In this document: positions 20,801 to 27,940 of the stretch, piece by piece | Layout of the letters: every line of letters starts with the position of its first letter | Position numbering within the stretch: position 1 is the stretch's first letter | From: a virus | Reading direction: 5' to 3' (one strand) | DNA: 64,000 bases | IMG/VR virus record: IMGVR_UViG_3300045988_092438 | Position numbers and translations under genes: made by a program | Notes under the pieces: generated by a model | What the model saw: the letters and a program-made list of their open reading frames with translations, nothing else | Told to the model about the DNA's origin: nothing | Database searches by the model: none

Positions 20801-21925
20801 TTACTCAGCTTCGTACTCTTCTCCGCAATTCTCACAGATGAACTTTTTGGATTTCTTCTCATACTTGAGCTTACGTCCACAGCAGTAATTCTCTTCGTCA
20901 ATCTCATAAGGGTCTCCTGCTTCATGCTCTTCACCATCATCATCAATGAAGCGTTTCTTAACCTCACAGTACATAGCAACAAGGTCTTCAAACTGGTAAT
21001 CATCACCCAGAGCTTCAAGCTCTTCCTCAGAAGCATAAGTCTCAAGGAATGTCTGAATGTTCTCTTCTGTGATAGTGTCATTCTCAACACCTTCGATAAT
21101 GTCTGCCATCATAGACTTAACTGCTTCGGCTCTCTCTTCACTCATGCCCTCTGGATTGTTTACACCCTCCGGGTCATACTCTGGGAAGTAAGACTCTTCA
21201 TTAAACTCTTCACCATCTTCATCTTCGGCAGTCTCCTCTTCTGCTTCTGCTGTTGTCTCCTCAACATCAGCTTCTTCCTCAGACTCGTCTTCGTCATCAT
21301 CCTCAAGCTGAACAATGCCATCTGCGATTGCTTTCGCTAAAACTTTGACAACATCAGACTTCTTGCCCTTTGCTTCAATGTCAAACTCTGCAAGGTACTC
21401 AATGATTTCCTTTGCAGACATATCTTCGGTAGCTTCTGTAGCCATCTGAATGTACTGCTCGTCTACTTCCTCTTCCTCTGGCTCTTCGGTCTTTGCAGAC
21501 TTTTTCAGACCGCCCTTCTTCTTGTTGATAGAAACAACTTTGCCATCATCTTTTGCAGGTGCTTCATCTGTCTCTTCCGGCTCTGCTTCATTCTCAACTG
21601 TAGCAGAAACAGTTACCTGTAACATTCTCTCAACAATCTCGTCTCTTGTACCCTTGCAGGAAACACCAACACTTGCACCCAGTTTCTTGAGTTCATTAAA
21701 CTTCATGCTCATAAGCTGTTCTCTTGAGAACTTACCTTCAACTGTTGCTTCTGTCTCTTCCGGCTCATTCATAGCAGGCTGTTCTTTCTGTACTGCCTGT
21801 CTGCGTGTTGCAGACTTGGATTCCACTGCATTTCTCTTCTCTACTCCACCTGCAAGTTCGTCTCTCAGAATAGTAGCACCTTCAATAATTGCATTAAGTC
21901 CTTCAATAATTCTCTCGTTTTTCAT
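20801..21925 (-). CDS. acidic protein with SAP/Rho-N-like helix motifs and a C-terminal zinc ribbon
   Basis: 374 aa, very Glu/Asp-rich. Contains ..LMSMKFNELKKLGASVGVSCKGTRDEIVERML.. and ends CCGRKL..FICENCGEEY. Confidence 0.5.
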   Translation of the reverse strand: MKNERIIEGLNAIIEGATILRDELAGGVEKRNAVESKSATRRQAVQKEQPAMNEPEETEATVEGKFSREQLMSMKFNELKKLGASVGVSCKGTRDEIVERMLQVTVSATVENEAEPEETDEAPAKDDGKVVSINKKKGGLKKSAKTEEPEEEEVDEQYIQMATEATEDMSAKEIIEYLAEFDIEAKGKKSDVVKVLAKAIADGIVQLEDDDEDESEEEADVEETTAEAEEETAEDEDGEEFNEESYFPEYDPEGVNNPEGMSEERAEAVKSMMADIIEGVENDTITEENIQTFLETYASEEELEALGDDYQFEDLVAMYCEVKKRFIDDDGEEHEAGDPYEIDEENYCCGRKLKYEKKSKKFICENCGEEYEAE

Positions 21926-22007
21926 GTGATTTTTACCTCCATAAATTCTTTAATATGTTTTATTTTTGAGCTTTCGTTTGCTCTGTGAACACAGTATAGC
22001 ACTGGTG

Positions 22008-22313
22008 TTAGTGAGTGTCAAACACCTTTGGTTTAAGGTCTCCAACACGTTTCTTTAAATACGTTACTTTCTCCTCAATCTTTAACATTTCAGAGAACAG
22101 TCCTTTCACTGCTTCACTCTTTTCATCAAAAGGAATAGTGTCAGAACCTAAAACTGCTTCGTGTCTCGCTTGCAATTCTTCATAAGTACCTGTCAGTGTT
22201 AAAATAAGGTTATTCAGAACACCGACATTTTTATTAGAGACTTCTTTGATAAAGTCCTCCATAGGACTATCAATAAGAACTCCCAGACTGCTTTTTGACT
22301 TCAATGGTTTCAC
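22008..22313 (-). CDS. hypothetical protein
   Basis: 101-aa co-directional ORF. Confidence 0.45.
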   Translation of the reverse strand: MKPLKSKSSLGVLIDSPMEDFIKEVSNKNVGVLNNLILTLTGTYEELQARHEAVLGSDTIPFDEKSEAVKGLFSEMLKIEEKVTYLKKRVGDLKPKVFDTH

Positions 22314-22317
22314 CTCC

Positions 22318-22560
22318 TCAATCTTGTAATTTCAGATTCAAGTGTATCATTGTCAGCACAAAAACACAACTCACCATAATCTTGACTGGAAGATAGACCT
22401 CACAGAAGAATTGATAATACACTACATACACAAGACCTGCAATCATGCAGAAAAATGTAACAAGCATAGTAATCTTCCGTATAGTGTTCAATAGGTTCAC
22501 CCAGAAAGGTATAAACTTATCAACAACAAACAGTTCTACTTTCCTAAAGAAGTACTTCAT
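22318..22560 (-). CDS. small membrane protein
   Basis: 80 aa with two strongly hydrophobic segments. Confidence 0.45.
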   Translation of the reverse strand: MKYFFRKVELFVVDKFIPFWVNLLNTIRKITMLVTFFCMIAGLVYVVYYQFFCEVYLPVKIMVSCVFVLTMIHLNLKLQD

Positions 22561-22937
22561 ACTGCAATCACCTCCTTCATAGATAATAACCCCATATCTA
22601 CTGCTCGATTCGTGTATCTCTCTAAAAGAGAATAAAATTGAGGGTCGTGCATAACACCCTTTCTCCGAACATAGTTAGGATTTGTGTATTGGAGGTGGTG
22701 ACACACCTCATGTATTGTATGATAAAGCACCGTTGAATAAGAAAACATAATCTTCATCTTTTTATATTTATAAGGATAGATTCTCACCTCTGCGACTTTA
22801 CCCTTATACTCTGGAAAATATCTGCCATAGAATGATTTACTGTATGGTCTAATCACAACATTAAATTCTTCCACTGGCAGTCTCAGCTTTTGCAGGTCAG
22901 AGACTAACCTGTGCTGTAACTCTTCCTCACTAAGCAT
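22557..22937 (-). CDS. SprT/WLM-like zinc metallopeptidase
   Basis: HExxH motif (..TIHEVCHHLQY..). Start moved to MLSEEELQ (ATG 22937, GGAGG upstream). Confidence 0.5.
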   Translation of the reverse strand: MLSEEELQHRLVSDLQKLRLPVEEFNVVIRPYSKSFYGRYFPEYKGKVAEVRIYPYKYKKMKIMFSYSTVLYHTIHEVCHHLQYTNPNYVRRKGVMHDPQFYSLLERYTNRAVDMGLLSMKEVIAV

Positions 22938-22998
22938 ATTAAACAACCTCCTAACTCTGTAAGAAAGAGTATAACACAGGTTACTCTCACTGTCCACT

Positions 22999-24066
22999 TT
23001 ATGCAACTAACAACATTCCTCCGGCAATTCTCTCAAGCTCAATTCTTCTCTCAAGAGTGAAGTCCTGTGCAACTTGAGTAATAGAATTGATAAGACCCCA
23101 TCTGTTTCTGTTGTAAGTACCATCCTGCATAAGCTGAATAACTTTACCAGTACTTTCATCAGACATATTTGTGGAGTTCTTAATACTCTCAATAAGCTCC
23201 TTTAAGGAATCTTCATCTTTAAAAGCGTCCTCAAGTGAAACTGTGGCTGTGTTCTTAATACTTTCTACCACCTTTGCAACAATAGGCTCTACTAAATCAA
23301 GAGCTTCCTGCAAATTACTCTGGAACGCTTCTGTTGTGATACCTCTGTGTACTTGGTGGAATAACACACCGAATTTCTTCGGCACAATCAAACCATTGGT
23401 ACACACTTTCTTCCAGATAAAGAAGTTCACTGTCAAGTTACTTCTACCAACATCACTTGAGTCAATGGAAAAGCCCGGATAAAGGTCTTCGTTATCAATA
23501 GGAAGTCTTGTAGGTGACACCATTCTCATGTGCAATCTCTCTTCATTTAAGAAGAAACCTTTAATATTGTAGTCATCTACAGGGAAAGAGTCCTGCATAC
23601 TCTGTAAAATGGTAGGTGTATCGCACACTGAATATCTTGGTGTTAAAACACCTCTAATCTTTCCATTGTACTCACGGATAAACAGGTCTTTGTTAAAATC
23701 ACTCAGCCATGAGTTCATGTTATCTTGTGCAAGTTCAATTCTGCCAGAACTGATACACTTCTTCATATACTCATGTGGAACACCCACTTTGTTACACAAC
23801 TGACCCATAGCGTGTCTGGAAATGCTAGGTCTTCTCACTTCACCACTTTCAGTAGTGTATGTGATACCTGCAAGGTCATTTAATCTCAGTCTTTCATCAG
23901 TGACATTCCTCACTGTAAAATCTTCACATAAACTCTGAATGTTATGTGATTTATCCAGTATCATTTTAAATGATACTTTACCCATATCAAGTAACTCTCT
24001 TGTGTCTTCTGTTGGAGTAACAACCTGTGGTGTAATAATCTCCGTTGGTCTTTTCATCAGCTTCAT
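22999..24066 (-). CDS. DUF932-like phage/plasmid protein
   Basis: About 355 aa. ..SISRHAMGQLCNKVGVPHEYMKKC.. resembles the DUF932 family. Start moved to MKLMKRP (ATG 24066). Confidence 0.45.
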   Translation of the reverse strand: MKLMKRPTEIITPQVVTPTEDTRELLDMGKVSFKMILDKSHNIQSLCEDFTVRNVTDERLRLNDLAGITYTTESGEVRRPSISRHAMGQLCNKVGVPHEYMKKCISSGRIELAQDNMNSWLSDFNKDLFIREYNGKIRGVLTPRYSVCDTPTILQSMQDSFPVDDYNIKGFFLNEERLHMRMVSPTRLPIDNEDLYPGFSIDSSDVGRSNLTVNFFIWKKVCTNGLIVPKKFGVLFHQVHRGITTEAFQSNLQEALDLVEPIVAKVVESIKNTATVSLEDAFKDEDSLKELIESIKNSTNMSDESTGKVIQLMQDGTYNRNRWGLINSITQVAQDFTLERRIELERIAGGMLLVA

Positions 24067-24123
24067 GTTATATCTCCTTTCTATAACTGCTTCATTCACT
24101 CAGCTTGTACACTCATTATAGAA

Positions 24124-24167
24124 TAAAAAGAAAAAGAGGTCAAAACACCACTGTGTCTCAACCTCTT
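24124..24167 (-). terminator. rho-independent terminator
   Basis: Stem AAGAGGT/ACCTCTT followed by TTTCTTTTTATT on the minus strand. Confidence 0.5.
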
Positions 24168-24172
24168 CACTA

Positions 24173-24715
24173 TTATACATCTTCTTCTAATAATACCCTC
24201 TTAAAGAGCTTCATTACTTTACCCGGCATTGCATGAGTTCTCACATACTTCTTTGCTTCTTCCGGTTCATCAAATGGCACCCAGTTAGAAAGATAGTTAC
24301 CAAGTGCTTCATTATAACGTGGAACACCACATACATAATCTCTCATAAAGACTTTACTCTCAGCACCTTCTAAGTCAAGGTCTCTAATAGGACTGTCCTT
24401 TCTCTGTCTCAATTCATTCATAAGCTGTTCCGTAGAAATACTGGACACTTGGAAATTGATACTCTCAACTCTCTCAAATCTATGTGTCTGACCTGTCTGG
24501 TTATCCCATCTTTCAGAAATAGTACCTTTATCAGTCTCAATACTGTTCCACTCTTCTACAGGTCTCACAAATACTCCGTATTCTGGGTGACACACATTAA
24601 AGTAGTAGCATACCCAAATGTCTCTCACTGCGTCTTTTGCGATATTCTGTACAAAATAGTACTCACCTTTAAAGTGTCTGTACAACCCCTGCTTTACTGT
24701 AATAGATTCATTCAT
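24173..24715 (-). CDS. DUF1653 domain protein
   Basis: N-terminal ..GLYRHFKGEYYFV...VCYYF.....GVFVRPVEEW.. matches the DUF1653 pattern. Confidence 0.55.
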   Translation of the reverse strand: MNESITVKQGLYRHFKGEYYFVQNIAKDAVRDIWVCYYFNVCHPEYGVFVRPVEEWNSIETDKGTISERWDNQTGQTHRFERVESINFQVSSISTEQLMNELRQRKDSPIRDLDLEGAESKVFMRDYVCGVPRYNEALGNYLSNWVPFDEPEEAKKYVRTHAMPGKVMKLFKRVLLEEDV

Positions 24716-25369
24716 TTAGTAGTCCTCCTTACTTTCATAAGCAAATACAGTTCCATCAACTGTGTCATAAACAGGTAACTTATTCACCCAATTTTCAGTA
24801 ACACTATCACTGTAGAAATAACACACATACTCTGGTAAATCTGTGCCATGTACAATTACCTTATACACATTTGCTAAGGTCTCTGGCTCAACTACTATAT
24901 CATCCATCATTCCATTGTATGCTACTGAAAATTGAGGACACCCATTATTCTTCTCATAGATGACTTCTTCAACACTGCTAGGAAATTTACCACTATGTAG
25001 TCTGTTTAAGATTACTTGACACACATACTGTTGACTCAGTTCATGTCCTTTATAACTACCTGCTTCTGCTTCAACACATTGAGCAATCAAATAAACCTCT
25101 GCTTCTGTAAAATAGTAGTCAGCTATTTCTACTTCCTTCAACTCGTCATTTTCTTTTAACAACTTTCCATAGTCAATCTGTAATTCTTCATAACTCTCTT
25201 GCCATGAATTGACTATTTTCTCATTATCACTTCTCTGCTTGTCTATTAAAGCTGTCTGCTCGTCATTCACCTCCAACAAGTCCATATAATCATCATTGGT
25301 CTTTATAAAGAAGACAAGAAATAGCACAAGCAATACAAGGATAATTCCTTGATAAACATGTTCCTTCAC
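24716..25369 (-). CDS. membrane-anchored SleB-like cell wall hydrolase (endolysin candidate)
   Basis: C-terminal ..AQCVEAEAG....QQYVCQVILNRL.SGKFPSSVEEVI...NGCPQFS.. is Hydrolase_2/SleB-like, with an N-terminal TM helix. Start moved to GTG 25369 (AGGAGG 9 nt upstream) because the track ATG sits inside the Ro60 terminator hairpin. Confidence 0.6.
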   Translation of the reverse strand: MKEHVYQGIILVLLVLFLVFFIKTNDDYMDLLEVNDEQTALIDKQRSDNEKIVNSWQESYEELQIDYGKLLKENDELKEVEIADYYFTEAEVYLIAQCVEAEAGSYKGHELSQQYVCQVILNRLHSGKFPSSVEEVIYEKNNGCPQFSVAYNGMMDDIVVEPETLANVYKVIVHGTDLPEYVCYFYSDSVTENWVNKLPVYDTVDGTVFAYESKEDY

Positions 25370-25388
25370 TTTTATAAACCTCCTAACT

Positions 25389-25424
25389 AAAAAAATAGCT
25401 TGCATGATTTCTCACACAAGCTAT
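25389..25424 (-). terminator. rho-independent terminator after the Ro60 gene
   Basis: 8-bp stem ATAGCTTG/CAAGCTAT followed by TTTTTTTAG on the minus strand. Confidence 0.65.
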
Positions 25425-25432
25425 TCTATCAT

Positions 25433-27115
25433 TTATTTTCGTGTTGGTAAAGTTTCCACAATAGAGTCAATAACCTTTCTCACATCACTTGCACCTGTAC
25501 CAATAGAACTATACACATTGATAACATCAATCACTCTTTCAGAAAAACCAGTGATAAGGTTCTTTCTGTAGTCATCAATATTAGCAATAGCAAAGTTATT
25601 ACCTAAAAGGTTATCAATGTAAAGTTTCTTAATGACCTTGTTTTTAAAGAGTTTATTCAACTCAGCGTCAGTATCATAACTTCTACCACCCCAACTATAA
25701 CCCCTTCTTAAAACAAAGGTCTTTCCACTTAAACTGTAGCAATCATTATCAGAAAGTACAATCAGATTATCATACTTAGTGTCCTGCTGATTAAGAGTGT
25801 AAAGTGCTACATCAAGAGAAGTTCCACCTCCAACATTATGTCTCTGAATCTCTTTCATAATGTCCATGACTGTAGACTTTCTGGAAATGTTAGTTACCTG
25901 TTCACACTTAGTAGCAAATACATACACATCTGCAATACCTTTCTTAAAGCAGATAGCACCTAACATACAAGCTACAATGTCAGCGGTCACATCAGAAGCA
26001 CCAGAAACAGGATGTCTCATACTTCCACTTCTATCAATAAGGATAGCACTGTAACCCTCAATGTCCTGTAAGTTATCAATAGACAGGTCAAGTGCTTCTA
26101 TTAAAGCGTCCATGACTCTTCTCTTTCCGGCAGAATTACTCAGATTGGAAACTTCCATATATGCACTGTAGAATCTGAATGGTAACAGTCTGGACTTCTC
26201 AACCTCTTTCTTATTGGTGAGTTTAGCCACAATACTATCAACTGCTTCTTTATCACTAAACATACCTGCTCTGTCAAGGGCTACAAGGTTTTTCACAATA
26301 GCCATTACAGAAGAGGTGTCAATAGACTTCTTAACATCAGCCTTAGTAGACTTGCTGTTGCTGTTCTTAGATTTAGAAAGCTCACTCTGCACCTGCTTCA
26401 CTTCTTCACTGCCACCAAACTCTACATTACCCTCGATAATCTGCTTAAAGAAGTCTCTGCTGACTCTGGACTTAGCCGGATTAGGTCTCAACAGCTTTAC
26501 ACAATCTGCCATAGACACTTCTCTGTTTTCTCCAAGTGCTTTAGATAACTGATACTCATTAAAGGACTCCAACTTGTGCTGTAAAGCCTTTCTCAACTGC
26601 ATTGGAAGTGGCTGATTTCTGTGACTGGATTTATTCTTACCACGACCTTTTGTAGTCACTTCAAAACCAAACACATTCATCTGCATTGCCATAATGTCAG
26701 TAATGTCTTTACCTCTTCTCACAATATAGTCACTGTAAGTCTGTAACTTATTCTTACCAGTCACTTCATCAAGAAAGTCCTCACCCTTAAATCTTGGGTC
26801 ATTAAAACAAGCTGTGAGTACTGCCAGAGGGTACTGAATCATATTGTATTCTCTACCAATTCTGGCTACCTTGAGTGCATACTCAACGTCCTCGTCTGGG
26901 ATTTCTGCAATCAATCTCTGGATTTCTTTAAAATCACTCTCAGCAGTCTTGCCCTTCTCATAGAAAGTCTTCTCACCAAAGAAGCTACCTAACACTTTAC
27001 TAAACAGTGTTTCAAGAGTGTTCAGCTTATGTACCACACTTCCCTCGTGGTTCACTGTCTTTCTAGTGTCTGGTTTCATGTTTACACTACCACGTTTGTT
27101 GTTCATTGTTGCCAT
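25433..27115 (-). CDS. rsr: Ro60 ortholog (TROVE domain + vWA/MIDAS domain), Rsr-like
   Basis: By eye, regions align with human Ro60. ..LLPFRFYSAY.. corresponds to the IHPFHILIA region. ..ILIDRSGSM.. corresponds to the MIDAS DxSxS motif. ..GGGTSLDVAL.., ..LIVLSDNDCY.. and ..NNFAIANIDDYRKNLITGFSERVIDVI.. correspond to [27 protein letters not shown]. Start moved to MATMNNK (ATG 27115, GGAGG 8 nt upstream). Confidence 0.85.
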   Translation of the reverse strand: MATMNNKRGSVNMKPDTRKTVNHEGSVVHKLNTLETLFSKVLGSFFGEKTFYEKGKTAESDFKEIQRLIAEIPDEDVEYALKVARIGREYNMIQYPLAVLTACFNDPRFKGEDFLDEVTGKNKLQTYSDYIVRRGKDITDIMAMQMNVFGFEVTTKGRGKNKSSHRNQPLPMQLRKALQHKLESFNEYQLSKALGENREVSMADCVKLLRPNPAKSRVSRDFFKQIIEGNVEFGGSEEVKQVQSELSKSKNSNSKSTKADVKKSIDTSSVMAIVKNLVALDRAGMFSDKEAVDSIVAKLTNKKEVEKSRLLPFRFYSAYMEVSNLSNSAGKRRVMDALIEALDLSIDNLQDIEGYSAILIDRSGSMRHPVSGASDVTADIVACMLGAICFKKGIADVYVFATKCEQVTNISRKSTVMDIMKEIQRHNVGGGTSLDVALYTLNQQDTKYDNLIVLSDNDCYSLSGKTFVLRRGYSWGGRSYDTDAELNKLFKNKVIKKLYIDNLLGNNFAIANIDDYRKNLITGFSERVIDVINVYSSIGTGASDVRKVIDSIVETLPTRK

Positions 27116-27151
27116 AATAAATTCCTCCATTCTTTCATGTGTTTATATAAT

Positions 27152-27183
27152 AAAAGACCTCACAATCGGGGAATTGTGAAGTC
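27152..27183 (-). terminator. rho-independent terminator closing the RNA-gene array
   Basis: 11-bp stem GACTTCACAAT/ATTGTGAGGTC (one G.U), loop TCCCCG, then TTTTATT on the minus strand. Confidence 0.7.
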
Positions 27184-27202
27184 CTTTAATCTTAACTCAA
27201 AA

Positions 27203-27351
27203 TAGCAAGAAGAAAACCATTATTGTGTGAAATCTTTGTGCTTCATTAGCAGTGAAGTGCCTTACCATTAGGCTATCTGTCAAATTTTTGGCTGACGGAG
27301 TAGGAGTCGAACCTACAAAATGATGTAAACAATAACTACACAATCCTGCTA
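27203..27351 (-). ncRNA. module M1: long covarying stem plus circularly permuted tRNA-Ser(GCU)-like head
   Basis: Minus strand reads TAGCAGGA-TTGTGTAG-TTATTGT-TTAC-ATC(A)TTT-T. The head follows: T arm GTAGG TTCGACT CCTAC, acceptor hairpin TCCGTCA [GCCAAAAATT] TGACAGA, TA, D arm GCC TAATGGTAA GGC, A, anticodon arm CTTCA CTGCTAA TGAAG. It closes with CAC-AAAGAT-TTCAC-ACAATAA-TGGTTTTCT-TCTTGCTA. Confidence 0.7.
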
Positions 27352-27369
27352 CAATTATTTCTTCGTTAA

Positions 27370-27519
27370 AATTAGGAGTAAAGCCATTTAGCTGAATTTC
27401 ATATAATGAAAGTTTTCAAGACTTTTGCGTATTCCAATTTCGCCAAATTGCTTTTACAGAGCAATTATCGGATTTGAACCGATATATTATGATGTAAGCT
27501 AAATGTACACAACCCAATT
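27370..27519 (-). ncRNA. module M2: long covarying stem plus circularly permuted tRNA-Ser(UGA)-like head
   Basis: Minus strand reads AATTGGG-TTGTGTA-CATTTAGCT-TACA-TCATA-ATAT. The head follows: T arm ATCGG TTCAAAT CCGAT, acceptor hairpin AATTGCT [CTGTAAA] AGCAATT, TG, D arm GCG AAATTGGAATA CGC, A, anticodon arm AAAGT CTTGAAA ACTTT. It closes with CATTA-TATGA-AATTC-AGCTAAATG-GCTTTACT-CCTAATT. Confidence 0.7.
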
Positions 27520-27533
27520 ATTATTCTCTCATA

Positions 27534-27659
27534 AAGTGGAGTAAAACGATAAAGTCTGTTTGTTTATCATAATGGGATTTGAACCCATATTCGTTCTGTG
27601 TTAGAAAACTGTCTTAACCATTTGACTATATGATGTAAACTTTATCTGCACAACCACTT
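27534..27659 (-). ncRNA. module M3: the same long stem enclosing a standard-order tRNA
   Basis: AAGTGG-TTGTGCA-GATAAAGT-TTA-[tRNA 27635-27564]-ACAAACAG-ACTTTATC-GTTTTACT-CCACTT. Both helices are perfectly complementary. Confidence 0.65.
27564..27635 (-). tRNA. tRNA with anticodon AAC (Val-type, unusual A34)
   Basis: CATCATA TA GTCA AATGGTTA AGAC A GTTTT CTAACAC AGAAC GAAT ATGGG TTCAAAT CCCAT TATGATA A. Cloverleaf folds but has a C1.A72 mismatch and a 4-nt variable loop. No CCA is encoded. Confidence 0.6.
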
Positions 27660-27675
27660 AATTTACTTTTCATCA

Positions 27676-27805
27676 ATAAGGAAGAAAAACGTGAAAGACT
27701 TCTTTTTCATATTGTTGGAATTGAACCAACTACACTTATTTCCCAAAAATAATGCTCTACCGATTGAGCTAAACATGATGTAATCTTTCACTACACATTC
27801 CTTAT
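27676..27805 (-). ncRNA. module M4: the same long stem enclosing tRNA-Pro
   Basis: ATAAGGAA-TGTGTA-GTGAAAGA-TTACA-[tRNA-Pro]-AAAGAAG-TCTTTCAC-GTTTTTC-TTCCTTAT. Both 8-bp helices are perfectly complementary. Confidence 0.65.
27706..27778 (-). tRNA. tRNA-Pro(UGG)
   Basis: TCATGTT TA GCTC AATCGGTA GAGC A TTATT TTTGGGA AATAA GTGTA GTTGG TTCAATT CCAAC AATATGA A. Canonical cloverleaf with G37. Confidence 0.85.
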
Positions 27806-27817
27806 TGTTTTAACACT

Positions 27818-27857
27818 GCTTTCAGCGTGTTTACACTATAACACACATTCTGAAAGC
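27818..27857 (-). ncRNA. hairpin resembling a headless copy of the module 5' arm
   Basis: GCTTTCAG-AATGTGTGTTATAGTGTAAACACG-CTGAAAGC. The loop carries AATGTGTG...TAAACA, similar to the conserved GGAATGTGTAG...TTACA of the modules. Confidence 0.35.
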
Positions 27858-27864
27858 TGTCAAA

Positions 27865-27937
27865 CTGCCCTTACTGGATTTGAACCAGTGAAATGCAGGA
27901 GTCAAAGTCCTGTGCCTTACCACTTGGCGAAAGGGCA
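27865..27937 (-). tRNA. tRNA-Gln(UUG)
   Basis: TGCCCTT TC GCC AAGTGGTAA GGC A CAGGA CTTTGAC TCCTG CATTTC ACTGG TTCAAAT CCAGT AAGGGCA G. Close to the E. coli tRNA-Gln layout. Confidence 0.85.
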
Positions 27938-27940
27938 TTA

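Noticed and set aside
27321-27783. The recurrent GG.TTGTGTAG-N8-TTACATCA sequence upstream of each tRNA-like unit, read as a sigma-70 promoter (-35 TTGTGT / -10 TTACAT).
   Set aside because: Spacing between the two boxes is only 7-9 nt rather than about 17. In M3 and M4 the box runs into the mature tRNA 5' end. The intervening and upstream segments have complementary partners downstream that covary, so it is part of an RNA helix/loop. A role in transcription by a phage-specific polymerase cannot be excluded.
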